From an uncultured Actinomycetota bacterium (GTDB taxonomy: Bacteria; Actinomycetota; Actinomycetes; Actinomycetales; CAWJMD01), in the NCBI GenBank assembly GCA_963835085.1, contig CAWIED010000001.1, positions 398,474 to 462,473 of the forward strand: 64,000 nucleotides of DNA, given 5' to 3'. Positions 18,899 through 28,191 of this stretch are shown one piece after another. A program made the position numbers and the translations under genes. Each line of letters starts with the position of its first letter. Positions within the stretch are counted from its first letter, which is position 1. Below the pieces are notes generated by a model that was not told where the DNA came from, did not search any database, and saw only the letters and a program-made list of their open reading frames with translations.

Positions 18899-19264
18899 GT
18901 CCAACTCCCTAGTCACCGCAGAAGCCTTCACAGGGAAGTCCCCTGCGGGAGGTCTCATCCAGGCTGCGAAGTGAGCCGTGGACTCCCCTCCGGACTCGGC
19001 CGAGCTCGCAACCACCGGTCACCGAATCGCACCTACAACTGCTGACTGACGGTCACCGGGTGCCGAGCGGGTTCTGGGCTCGATTCATGCATACGATCAC
19101 AGCGTTGCCGCCTAGTCAAGGTGACAACATGGTATGACCCTGCAGTGTCTGAGGTGCTGTGAGTGGGGCCTTCGACGGCGAATGCTGCCCGGTCCGAGCT
19201 CGACTCGGGCCGCCCGGCGGGTTGGTGCCGGGCCAGGTGAGGTGCCAGCGGGTAACCTCACGGG

Positions 19265-21151
19265 GTGCCCGAACCTCGTGCTTCGACGCTGCCGTCCGCG
19301 ACCGGGGTGCGATTGAGTCGTTTGGCGCTGGCCGTTGCGGGCGATCTGGTGGCGGGACGGGCCGATCCGCTGGTGCTCGGCGTCACGCTCGACTCCCGTC
19401 GGGTGCAGCCCGGCCATCTCTACGCGGCGCTGCCCGGTGCCACCACCCACGGTGCGCGGTTCGGGGCGCAGGCAGCAGCAGCCGGTGCCGTGGCCGTGCT
19501 CACCGATGCCACCGGTGGACGCCTACTAGCCGATGCCGGGGTCGACCTGCCCACGATCGTGACCTGCGATCCGCGCGCGGTGCTGGGGGGGCTGTCGGCC
19601 ACCGTCTACGGCCACCCGGCCGAGCGATTGCTGCTCTTCGGCGTCACCGGTACCAACGGCAAGACCACCACCACGTATCTGCTGCACAGCGCACTGACCG
19701 CCCTCGGACGCCATGCCGGGCTCATCGGCACCGTCGAGATCCGGATCGGCTCGGAGCGGGTCAAGAGCGTGCGCACCACTCCGGAATCGCCCGATCTGCA
19801 GGCGCTGTTCGCGCAGATGCTCGCCGCAGGCGCCGACTCGTGTGCGATGGAGATCTCGAGTCACGCCTTGGCCCTGCACCGGGTGGACGGCCTGGTGGCC
19901 GACGTGGCGGGGTTCACCAACCTCTCGCAGGACCATCTCGACTTTCACGACACCCTCGAGGAGTACTTCCTCGCCAAAGCGGCGCTGTTCTCGCCCGAGT
20001 ACGCCAGCGCGGGTGTGGTGTGCGTCGACGACGGCTGGGGACGGCGACTGGCCCAGGAGTCCACCATCCCGATCACCACGCTGCGCACCCGACTTCCTGC
20101 CCGCGAGGGGAACAGCGTTGCAGCGGAGAGCCATTCGCCGGAGTTGGGGGCCGGCCCGGCGGATTCCGAACCGGAGTGGCGGCTTACGCACCCGGAGCCC
20201 GATGGGCGGCTTACGCACCCGGAGCCCGATGGGCGGCTTGCGCACCCGGAGCCCGATTGGCGGCTCACCCACACCGAGCCTGACCCGCAGGGGCCGGGCA
20301 TGCTGCTGGTGCTCACTCACCGCGACGGCCACCACTGGCACCTGAATTCGCCGCTGCCGGGCGATTTCAACGTCTCCAACACCGCTCTGGCCGCGGTGAT
20401 GTTGCTGCGTGCCGGGTTCGATCCCGCCGAGATCGCCCACGCTCTGCGCCAGGCGCCACCCGTGCCGGGCCGGATGCAAGTGGTGGTCCCAGCCGAAAAT
20501 GCCGTCTCCCAATCCGCTGCCCTACAATCCGCCGACCCCGAATCCGCCGACCCTCAGTCCGCCGGCCACCCAGCGGCCGGTCTCGATCCTGCCGGGGCAC
20601 GCTCGCCCGGCGGGGCGGAACTGCCGCTGGCCGTGGTCGACTACGCACACAGTCCCGACTCCATCTCTGCGGCTCTGGCCGCCTTGCGTCGCTCCGGCAG
20701 CGGACCGCTGGTGATCGTCCTGGGTGCCGGCGGCGATCGCGACCGGAGCAAGCGTGAGGCGATGGGCGCTGCGGCGGTGCGGGGCGCCGATGCGGTGATC
20801 GTCACCGACGACAACCCCCGCTCGGAGCCGCCCGCCGCCATTCGCAGTCAGGTGCTCTCTGGGGCACGGGCCGCGCTGCCGGCCCGAAATCTGGAGCCCG
20901 GACCGCTCGTGCTGCTGGAGGAGGTGGGCGACCGGCGTGCGGCCATCGAGCGTGCCCTCGAACTTGTGACAGTGCTGGCTGGCGTGCCCGGCGCAGCTGG
21001 CGAAACCTTGCGGCCTACTGTTCTCGTCGCGGGTAAGGGTCATGAGACGGGACAGGAGGTGGCGGGCACCGTGCATCCGTTCGACGACCGGGTGGTGCTG
21101 GCTGACGCACTGACCAGACTGGCCGCTCAGCAGCGGGGGATCGCCCGATGA
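19265..21151 (+). CDS. murE: UDP-N-acetylmuramoyl-L-alanyl-D-glutamate--2,6-diaminopimelate ligase MurE (elongated, 628 aa)
   Basis: Mur ligase motifs [17 protein letters not shown] and VVDYAHSPDS. It carries two low-complexity insertions (see repeat 20171-20284 and about 20490-20625). Confidence 0.93.
   Translation: MPEPRASTLPSATGVRLSRLALAVAGDLVAGRADPLVLGVTLDSRRVQPGHLYAALPGATTHGARFGAQAAAAGAVAVLTDATGGRLLADAGVDLPTIVTCDPRAVLGGLSATVYGHPAERLLLFGVTGTNGKTTTTYLLHSALTALGRHAGLIGTVEIRIGSERVKSVRTTPESPDLQALFAQMLAAGADSCAMEISSHALALHRVDGLVADVAGFTNLSQDHLDFHDTLEEYFLAKAALFSPEYASAGVVCVDDGWGRRLAQESTIPITTLRTRLPAREGNSVAAESHSPELGAGPADSEPEWRLTHPEPDGRLTHPEPDGRLAHPEPDWRLTHTEPDPQGPGMLLVLTHRDGHHWHLNSPLPGDFNVSNTALAAVMLLRAGFDPAEIAHALRQAPPVPGRMQVVVPAENAVSQSAALQSADPESADPQSAGHPAAGLDPAGARSPGGAELPLAVVDYAHSPDSISAALAALRRSGSGPLVIVLGAGGDRDRSKREAMGAAAVRGADAVIVTDDNPRSEPPAAIRSQVLSGARAALPARNLEPGPLVLLEEVGDRRAAIERALELVTVLAGVPGAAGETLRPTVLVAGKGHETGQEVAGTVHPFDDRVVLADALTRLAAQQRGIAR
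20171..20284 (+). repeat. In-frame 27-bp tandem repeat (about 4 units; PEPDGRLTH) inside murE
   Basis: Units at 20192-20218, 20219-20245 and 20246-20272, plus partial flanking units. They translate to EPEWRLTHPEPDGRLTHPEPDGRLAHPEPDWRLTHTEPD. Confidence 0.9.
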
Positions 21152-22731
21152 TCCCGCTCACCCTTGCTGAGATCGCCACCGGCACCGACGGCATCTTGCG
21201 GCTGCCTGCGGACGTGGACGCGGCGCTGCCCCTCGGCGAGGCCACCGTCATCGACGGGCCCGTCGTCACCGACAGCCGGCTGCTCGGTCCGGGCGGGCTC
21301 TACGTGGCCCGGGTGGGTGAGCACGCCGACGGACACGACTACGTGTCGGCTGCGGCACAGGCCGGCGCTCTCGCCGCCTTGGTGCAGCGCGAGGTGCCCG
21401 GCGTGCCCATTGCGCAGATCGTGGTGTCCGATACGGAGATCGCCTTCGGCCTGCTGGCCCGCGAGGTCATCGAGGCCGCGGGCCAGCGCTTGCAGGTGGT
21501 GGCCATCACCGGCTCTTCGGGCAAGACGTCCACCAAAGACCTTCTGGCACACGTGCTTTCACAGTTCGGGCCCACCGTCGCGGCGCAGGAGTCGTTCAAC
21601 TCCGAGATCGGCGTACCGCTCACCGTCTGCCGCATCACGCACGAGACCCGCTACCTCGTGGTCGAGATGGGCGCCCGAGGCCTCGGGCACCTGCGCTATC
21701 TCGCCACCATCGCGCCGCCCGACATCAGCGTCGTGCTCAACGTCGGGTATGCCCACGCCAGCGAGTTCGGCTCGCTGGAGGCGGTGGAGCAGGCCAAGTC
21801 CGAACTCGTCGCGGCGCTGGGGGTGGGGGGTCTGGCCGTGCTGAACGCCGACGACGAGCGGGTGGCCGCCATGGCTCCGCTGGCCTGGGCCGAAGGCGCC
21901 GACATCACGTGGGTCTCGGCTGCGGGTGCCTTTGTCGACCCGCCCGAGCCGAGCGAACCGGCCCAGCCGTACGAGGACGAGCTGCCGATGAGCGAGCGGG
22001 TCGACGTCGACGCCGCCCAACCTCATCCTGGCAGCCATGTATGGGCCGACCACATCGTGCTCGACGACGCCGGCCGTGCCAGGTTCACCATGCACGCCGA
22101 CACCGCGGCAGCCTCGCCCACTCCGACGACCGATCCTCAGTCGGCGGACGTCCGCCTGCAGTTGGTAGGTGCCCACCACGTGGGCAACGCGCTGTCGGCC
22201 ACCGCGGTCGCGCTGCGCCTCGGCATGCCGCTGACCGACGTGGCCGCGGCGCTCAGCTCGGCCGCGCCCGTGAGCCGGTGGCGGATGGAAGTCAGCCAGC
22301 GTCCCGACGGTGTCACGGTGGTCAACGACGCCTACAACGCCAACCCCGACTCCATGGCCGCCGCCCTGCGCGCGCTGGCCGCGATGACGCCGGGCCAGCC
22401 GAATACTGCCAACCCCGCCGGAGGACGGCGGATCGCGGTGCTCGGCACCATGCTCGAGCTCGGGCCCGGTTCTGACGACCTGCATGCCGGCGTGGGCCGG
22501 CTGGCCGTCGAGCTGCAGATCGACGCCCTCGTCGTGGTGGGCGAGGGAGCTCGTGCGCTGGCCGCCGCGGCAGGGGAGCGGGCAACCTGGGTGGCCACCT
22601 CGCAGGAGGCCGAGTCGCTGCTTGCCGACCTGCTGCGGCCGGGCGACATCGCGCTGTTCAAGTCCTCGCGCGACTCCGGCCTGCGCTGGCTGGGGGAGCG
22701 GGTGGCCGCGGCCGGGGGTGACGGCCGGTGA
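21148..22731 (+). CDS. murF: UDP-N-acetylmuramoyl-tripeptide--D-alanyl-D-alanine ligase MurF
   Basis: [13 protein letters not shown]-loop with Mur ligase middle and C-terminal domains. ATGA overlap with murE. Confidence 0.93.
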   Translation: MIPLTLAEIATGTDGILRLPADVDAALPLGEATVIDGPVVTDSRLLGPGGLYVARVGEHADGHDYVSAAAQAGALAALVQREVPGVPIAQIVVSDTEIAFGLLAREVIEAAGQRLQVVAITGSSGKTSTKDLLAHVLSQFGPTVAAQESFNSEIGVPLTVCRITHETRYLVVEMGARGLGHLRYLATIAPPDISVVLNVGYAHASEFGSLEAVEQAKSELVAALGVGGLAVLNADDERVAAMAPLAWAEGADITWVSAAGAFVDPPEPSEPAQPYEDELPMSERVDVDAAQPHPGSHVWADHIVLDDAGRARFTMHADTAAASPTPTTDPQSADVRLQLVGAHHVGNALSATAVALRLGMPLTDVAAALSSAAPVSRWRMEVSQRPDGVTVVNDAYNANPDSMAAALRALAAMTPGQPNTANPAGGRRIAVLGTMLELGPGSDDLHAGVGRLAVELQIDALVVVGEGARALAAAAGERATWVATSQEAESLLADLLRPGDIALFKSSRDSGLRWLGERVAAAGGDGR

Positions 22732-23813
22732 AGGCGGTTCTGGCCGCCGCGGCCCTGTCGTTGCTCATCTCGTTGTTCGGCACTCCGCTCTACATCCGGT
22801 TCCTGGTGCGCAAGCAGTACGGCCAGTTCGTGCGCGACGACGGCCCCACCGAGCATCACTCCAAGCGCGGCACGCCCACGATGGGCGGGGCGATCATCCT
22901 GGCCGCCACCCTGGGTGCCTACGCGCTGGCGCACATCCTCACCTGGTCGTCGCCCACGGTCTCGGCCGTGCTCGTGCTGTTTCTCATGGCAGGCCTCGGC
23001 CTGGTGGGCTTTCTCGACGACTTCATCAAGATCTCCCGACAGCGAAGTCTCGGCCTGCGCAGCGGGCAGAAGCTGGTGGGGCAATTGCTCGTCGGCGTGA
23101 TCTTCGCGGTGCTGGCGCTGCAGTTTCCCAACGAGCGCTACCGCACGCCGGCCTCCATGCTCGTGTCGTTCATCCGCGACACCAAGGTCGACCTCGCCTT
23201 CGCCGGCGGCGGCCTGGGACTCGTGCTGTTCGTCATCTGGGCCCAGATCATCGTGGCGGCCGCCTCCAACGGCGTGAACCTCACGGACGGTCTTGACGGC
23301 CTGGCCACCGGCGCCACCACGATGGTCGCCGGCGCCTACGTGCTGATCGGCATCTGGCAGTCGAACCAGAACTGCCAGAACATCGCCACCGCCGGCCCGC
23401 AGTGCTACGAGGTGCGCGATCCGCGCGACCTGGCGGTGGTGGCGGCCGCCGTGATGGGCGCGTGCTTCGGGTTCCTGTGGTGGAACGCCTCGCCCGCCAA
23501 GATCTTCATGGGCGACACCGGCTCGCTGGCCCTCGGCGGGGTTCTGGCCGGGCTGGCCATCACGTCGCGCACCGAGATCCTGCTGATCATCCTGGGTGGA
23601 CTGTTCGTCATCATCACGCTCTCGGTCGTCATCCAGGTCGGCTCGTACAAGATGACCCGAAAACGGGTCTTCCGGATGGCCCCGTTGCAGCACCACTTCG
23701 AGCTCGCCGGATGGGCCGAGGTCACGATCGTGATCCGGTTCTGGATCATCGCCGGTCTCTTCGTGGCGCTCGGGCTGGGGCTCTTCTACGCGGAATGGAT
23801 GGTCAACCTGTAG
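22728..23813 (+). CDS. mraY: Phospho-N-acetylmuramoyl-pentapeptide transferase MraY
   Basis: 10-TM protein with [19 protein letters not shown] and [11 protein letters not shown] motifs. Confidence 0.95.
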   Translation: MKAVLAAAALSLLISLFGTPLYIRFLVRKQYGQFVRDDGPTEHHSKRGTPTMGGAIILAATLGAYALAHILTWSSPTVSAVLVLFLMAGLGLVGFLDDFIKISRQRSLGLRSGQKLVGQLLVGVIFAVLALQFPNERYRTPASMLVSFIRDTKVDLAFAGGGLGLVLFVIWAQIIVAAASNGVNLTDGLDGLATGATTMVAGAYVLIGIWQSNQNCQNIATAGPQCYEVRDPRDLAVVAAAVMGACFGFLWWNASPAKIFMGDTGSLALGGVLAGLAITSRTEILLIILGGLFVIITLSVVIQVGSYKMTRKRVFRMAPLQHHFELAGWAEVTIVIRFWIIAGLFVALGLGLFYAEWMVNL

Positions 23814-25342
23814 TGCCCGCCCATCACGTCACCGACACCGACCGCACGCGACCGCTCGATCACGCCGACGCCGACTGGGCGGGGCTGCGGGTGGTGGTGG
23901 CCGGTCTGGGGGTGTCGGGTTTTGCGGCGGCCGACGTGCTGCTGCAGCGCGAGGCCCGGGTCGTGGTGGTAGACGACCGGCTCCCGGGCGACAACGAAGC
24001 CGTCGCCCGCGACGCCGAGCTCGTCGACGTGCTCGGCGGCCGGTGCCTGCTCGGGCCCGGCTCCAGCGCCACCTTGCCCGCGGTCGACGGTCAGCCGCCC
24101 GACCTCGTGGTCACCTCGCCCGGCTGGCGTCCGGACGCGCCCCTGCTCGCCGCTGCCACCACAGCCGGGGTGCCCACCTGGGGCGAGGTGGAACTGGCCT
24201 GGCGGCTGCGGTCGCGGCAGAACCCGGCACCGTGGTTGTGCCTCACCGGCACGAACGGCAAGACCACCACGGTCAAGATGCTCGAATCGATGCTGCTGGC
24301 CGCCGGCGAGCGGGCGGTGGCCGTGGGCAACGTGGGCACCCCGCTGCTCACGGCGATCGTCGACCCCATCGGCTACGACGCCCTGGCGGTCGAGCTGTCG
24401 AGCTTCCAACTGCACTGGTCGCACTCGCTGCGGCCGCAGGCCTCGTGCTGCCTGAACGTCGCGCCCGACCATGTCGACTGGCATGGTTCGTTCCAGGCCT
24501 ACGTCGACGCCAAGGCGCGGGTGTACTCCAACACCGAGGTCGCCTGCGTCTACAACGTCGCCGACCCCGTCACCGAGCAGATGGTGCGCGCCGCCGACGT
24601 GACGGAGGGCGCGCGGGCCATCGGCGTCACAGCCGGGGTGCCCGACGTCAGCATGCTCGGCGTGGTCGACGGAGTGCTGTGCGACCGTGCCTTCCTCGCC
24701 GAGCGGCGCACGACCGCGGCCGAGCTGGCCACCTTCGACGACCTGCGCGAGGCGGGCGGCGGCGTTATCGCCCCGCACACCGTGACCAACGCGCTGTCGG
24801 CCGCGGCGCTGGCCCGTGCCCACGGCGTCGAGCCGGTGGCCGTCCGCGAGGGCCTGCGGGCCATGCGGCCCGAGCCGCACCGGATCGCGACGGTGGCCGA
24901 CCATCTCGGTGTGCGGTGGGTAGACGACTCCAAGGCTACGAATCCGCATGCGGCGGCTGCCTCGATGGCGGCGTTCGATTCGATCGTCTGGGTTGCGGGT
25001 GGGCTGCTCAAGGGAGCAGACGTGGACGAGCTGGTGGCCCGGTTCGCGGGTCGGCTGCGGGCGGTCGTGCTCATCGGTCTCGACCGCACGCAACTGCGCG
25101 CGGCGCTGGCCAGGCATGTCCCCGATGCCCGGGTCGTCGAGGTAGACCGGCCGGCTTGGTCGCCGGGTGAGCGAGTGGGCGAGCAGGTGATGGACGACGT
25201 CGTCGGCGCCGCCGCCGGCCTCGCGCAGCCCGGCGACACCGTGCTGTTGGCACCGGCCGCCGCCTCCATGGATCAGTTCGTCAACTATGGCCAGCGCGGT
25301 GATCTGTTCGCTGCTGCCGTCCGCCGGCATCTGGAGCTGTGA
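23795..25342 (+). CDS. murD: UDP-N-acetylmuramoylalanine--D-glutamate ligase MurD
   Basis: [18 protein letters not shown] Rossmann N-terminus and the GTNGKTTT motif. The start is ATG 23795 or GTG 23813. The track ORF start at 23402 lies inside mraY and is rejected. Confidence 0.9.
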   Translation: MDGQPVVPAHHVTDTDRTRPLDHADADWAGLRVVVAGLGVSGFAAADVLLQREARVVVVDDRLPGDNEAVARDAELVDVLGGRCLLGPGSSATLPAVDGQPPDLVVTSPGWRPDAPLLAAATTAGVPTWGEVELAWRLRSRQNPAPWLCLTGTNGKTTTVKMLESMLLAAGERAVAVGNVGTPLLTAIVDPIGYDALAVELSSFQLHWSHSLRPQASCCLNVAPDHVDWHGSFQAYVDAKARVYSNTEVACVYNVADPVTEQMVRAADVTEGARAIGVTAGVPDVSMLGVVDGVLCDRAFLAERRTTAAELATFDDLREAGGGVIAPHTVTNALSAAALARAHGVEPVAVREGLRAMRPEPHRIATVADHLGVRWVDDSKATNPHAAAASMAAFDSIVWVAGGLLKGADVDELVARFAGRLRAVVLIGLDRTQLRAALARHVPDARVVEVDRPAWSPGERVGEQVMDDVVGAAAGLAQPGDTVLLAPAAASMDQFVNYGQRGDLFAAAVRRHLEL

Positions 25343-25406
25343 GCGACCGGCGGTAGGTCGTGCGGTGTATCACCCGAGATCGGTGCCAGGGCGTGGACCG
25401 CACTCA

Positions 25407-25705
25407 GTCGTCGAACTGTGACGTTGTTCGCTGGGATGTCACCAGGTTGGTGACGGATGAAGGAAGAACGTGACAGGTGGACGCGCGATCGTGTCGAATC
25501 CGGACCACCGACCCTAGCCGGCCCCGTAAAATCAGGCTTATCGGGCGCAACTGGGGTGAGCGGGGTGCTGAGGTGCCGCGCCGTGTGGTTGGTCGCAGCC
25601 CTCGGCGCTTGGATGTCCGGAATCCGGCTCGCTTGCGACAGGGGGCCGGAGCCTTGTGCTCAGCCGACGTCCGCCTGCTAGCACTGGCGCCGGATTGCGG
25701 ACATC
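25407..25705. repeat. Composite repeat element in the murD-ftsW gap (head module plus 94-bp hairpin element)
   Basis: 25407-25490 and 25590-25640 are homologous to 44290-44375 and 44500-44550. It contains the palindrome GTCACCAGGTTGGTGAC (25438-25454). It also contains 16-nt inverted arms GATGTCCGGAATCCGG (25612-25627) and CCGGATTGCGGACATC (25690-25705). Confidence 0.85.
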
Positions 25706-25822
25706 GCCCGGGTCCAGGCGCGAAGTCGGCGAGTCGAGCCGATAAGCGAACCCCACTGCTCTGACAAAGAGCGAGCGACACGCGACCCAAGGTCCGCGTG
25801 CGAGCCGCATCGGCACCTGAGG

Positions 25823-27109
25823 ATGGTTGGTATGCCGGTTGGTCACGAAACGGTCGCGCCCGCGAAGCGCCGGGAGTTCCCGTTGCGCCAGGAGGTCAGA
25901 GGCTTCGTCGTCGACCTGCGGGCCCGGCTGTCGGTCTTCGACACCCCGGCCTGTGACTACTACCTCGTGCTCGGCGCCACGCTCATGCTCGTCGTCATCG
26001 GGCTGGTCATGGTGCTCTCCGCGTCGTCGGTCACGGCGCAGGACAGCGGCGGTTCGCCCTTCAGCATCTTCTTCAAGCAGGCAATGTTCGCCGCGATGGG
26101 CCTGCCGATCCTCTTCGTCTGCTCGCGGGTGTCGATCGCTGCGTGGAAGCGGCTGGCGTGGCCCGCGGTGGGCATCGCCATCTTCGCCCAGTTGCTCGTC
26201 TTCACCCCCCTGGGCAAGACGGTGGCCGGCAACCGCAACTGGCTCATCTTCGGCCCCATCCAGGTGCAGCCGTCGGAGGCGGCCAAGATCGCCATCATCG
26301 TGTGGGGCGCGCTGGTGCTGGGGCTCAAGTCGAAGCGGTTCGCGTCGTGGCATCACCTGTTGGTGCCGTTCGGGCCCGTGGTGTCGGTTGTGGTGGGGCT
26401 GACCCTGGCCGGGCACGACATGGGTACCTCGGTGGTGATGCTCATCATCATCACGACCATGCTCTTTGTGGCCGGCGTGCGGCTGCGGCTCTTCGCCGTC
26501 GGCCTCGGTGCCGCTGCGGCCCTCTCCCTGGCCATGGTGGCCATCTCGGGCAACCGGCGGGAGCGGATCGCCACCTGGCTGTCGGGCGACTGCTCGGATA
26601 TCTACGGCATGTGCTGGCAGTCAGTGCACGGCAAGTGGGCGTTGGCCTCGGGCGGAATCTGGGGGCTCGGGCTCGGCGCCAGCAAGGAGAAGTGGGACTG
26701 GCTGCCCGAGGCGCACAATGACTTCATCTTCGCGATCATCGGTGAAGAGCTCGGGCTGCCCGGCACGATCGTCATCCTGTTGCTGTTCGTGCTGCTGGCG
26801 GTGGGCTGCTTGCGCATCATCAGCCGCCACCCCGACCCGTTCGCCAAGTTCGCCACGGCAGGCGTGATGGCGTGGGTGATCGGCCAGGCCTTGATGAACA
26901 TCGGTGTCGTCCTCGGGCTGCTGCCCGTCACCGGCGTACCCTTGCCGCTCGTCTCCGCCGGTGGATCGGCTCTCATCACGACCTTGACCGGGCTAGGCAT
27001 CGTGCTCAGCTTCGCCCGATCCGAACCCGATGCCGCGGAGGCCTTGGCTGCGCGGGTCTCGCTGGCGCGCAGGTCGTCTGCCGTCTCGGGTGAGCGGAGG
27101 TCTCGGTGA
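25823..27109 (+). CDS. ftsW: Peptidoglycan glycosyltransferase FtsW (SEDS family)
   Basis: Polytopic membrane protein with SEDS motifs (QPSEAAKI.., LPEAHNDFIFAIIGEELG, PLPLVSAGGSAL). Confidence 0.92.
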   Translation: MVGMPVGHETVAPAKRREFPLRQEVRGFVVDLRARLSVFDTPACDYYLVLGATLMLVVIGLVMVLSASSVTAQDSGGSPFSIFFKQAMFAAMGLPILFVCSRVSIAAWKRLAWPAVGIAIFAQLLVFTPLGKTVAGNRNWLIFGPIQVQPSEAAKIAIIVWGALVLGLKSKRFASWHHLLVPFGPVVSVVVGLTLAGHDMGTSVVMLIIITTMLFVAGVRLRLFAVGLGAAAALSLAMVAISGNRRERIATWLSGDCSDIYGMCWQSVHGKWALASGGIWGLGLGASKEKWDWLPEAHNDFIFAIIGEELGLPGTIVILLLFVLLAVGCLRIISRHPDPFAKFATAGVMAWVIGQALMNIGVVLGLLPVTGVPLPLVSAGGSALITTLTGLGIVLSFARSEPDAAEALAARVSLARRSSAVSGERRSR

Positions 27110-28191
27110 GCCTGTCCGTCGTCCTCGCCGGCGGGGGCTCCGCCGGGCACGTGTCGCCCATGCTGGCGCTCGCCGATGCGTTGCGCCGTCACGACCCGTC
27201 CACCTCGATCGTGTGCCTCGGCACCGCCGAGGGTCTGGAGGCGCGGCTGGTGCCCGCGCGTGGCTACGAGCTGCGCACCCTGCCCAAGGTGCCGTTGCCG
27301 CGCAGGATCTCGCCCGCGCTGCTGCGGGTGCCCGGCCGGTTGCTCGGGGCGGTCAGGGTCGCCGAGCAGGTGCTCGACGAGGCCCGCGCCGACGTGTTGG
27401 TGGGCATGGGCGGCTATGTCTCCACGCCGGCCTATCTGGCGGCGCGGCGGCGCAAGGTGCCCATCGTGGTGCACGAGCAGAACGCACGGGCCGGGTTGGC
27501 CAACAAGGTCGGCGCCCGGCTCACCCGGTTCGTGGCGTTGACCTTCGAGGGCACCTCGTTGCCGCACGCCGTGCGCGTGGGCATGCCGTTGCGCCAGGAG
27601 ATCACCACCCTCGACCGGTCCGCCCGCCGTGCCGAGGCGCGGGCGTACTTCGGTCTCGACCCGCATGCGCCCACCCTGCTCGTGACCGGCGGCTCGCTGG
27701 GGGCGCAGAAGCTCAACGAGACGATCGCCCAGGCCGGCGCGGCGCTGCGCGCGGCCGGCATCGGGGTGCTGCATCTGACGGGGGCGGGCAAGTCCATCAC
27801 TCCGCCCGACGGGCCGGGCCCGGCGTATGTACAGGCGGAATACACCGACCGGATGGATTTGGCTTACGCCGCAGCCGATCTCGTGCTGTGTCGCTCGGGG
27901 GCCAACACCGTCTGCGAGCTGACGACGGTGGGGCTGCCGGCCGTCTACGTGCCGCTGCCCATCGGCAACGGCGAGCAACGGCTCAACGCCGAGCCGGTCG
28001 TGAATGCCGGCGGCGGTCTGCTGGTGCCCAATCCGGAGCTCGACGCGGCACTCGTGGAAGGCCCGGTGGCGGAGTTGCTGCTCGACGCCGATCGGCTGGC
28101 CGCGATGGCCGCCGTCTCGGCCGCGCACGGGTCGCGGGATGCCGACGAGAAGCTGGCCGAACTGGTGCGAACGGCGGCTGCCAGCCGATGA
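27106..28191 (+). CDS. murG: UDP-N-acetylglucosamine--N-acetylmuramyl-(pentapeptide) pyrophosphoryl-undecaprenol GlcNAc transferase MurG
   Basis: VVLAGGGSAGHVSP N-terminus and GT28 C-terminal motifs. GTGA overlap with ftsW. Confidence 0.93.
   Translation: MSLSVVLAGGGSAGHVSPMLALADALRRHDPSTSIVCLGTAEGLEARLVPARGYELRTLPKVPLPRRISPALLRVPGRLLGAVRVAEQVLDEARADVLVGMGGYVSTPAYLAARRRKVPIVVHEQNARAGLANKVGARLTRFVALTFEGTSLPHAVRVGMPLRQEITTLDRSARRAEARAYFGLDPHAPTLLVTGGSLGAQKLNETIAQAGAALRAAGIGVLHLTGAGKSITPPDGPGPAYVQAEYTDRMDLAYAAADLVLCRSGANTVCELTTVGLPAVYVPLPIGNGEQRLNAEPVVNAGGGLLVPNPELDAALVEGPVAELLLDADRLAAMAAVSAAHGSRDADEKLAELVRTAAASR

Noticed and set aside
23402-23794. Extended 646-aa MurD ORF starting inside mraY.
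   Set aside because: The first 131 codons are an off-frame read of mraY (Arg/Gly/His-rich). The MurD Rossmann N-terminus begins after ATG 23795 or GTG 23813.
25480-25515. tRNA-like T-loop string (GTGTCGAATCCGGACC) suggesting a tRNA or tRNA fragment, which could be an integration site.
   Set aside because: No acceptor stem, D-arm or anticodon arm can be folded around it. It is part of the repeat element and related to the CCGGAATCCG arm motif.
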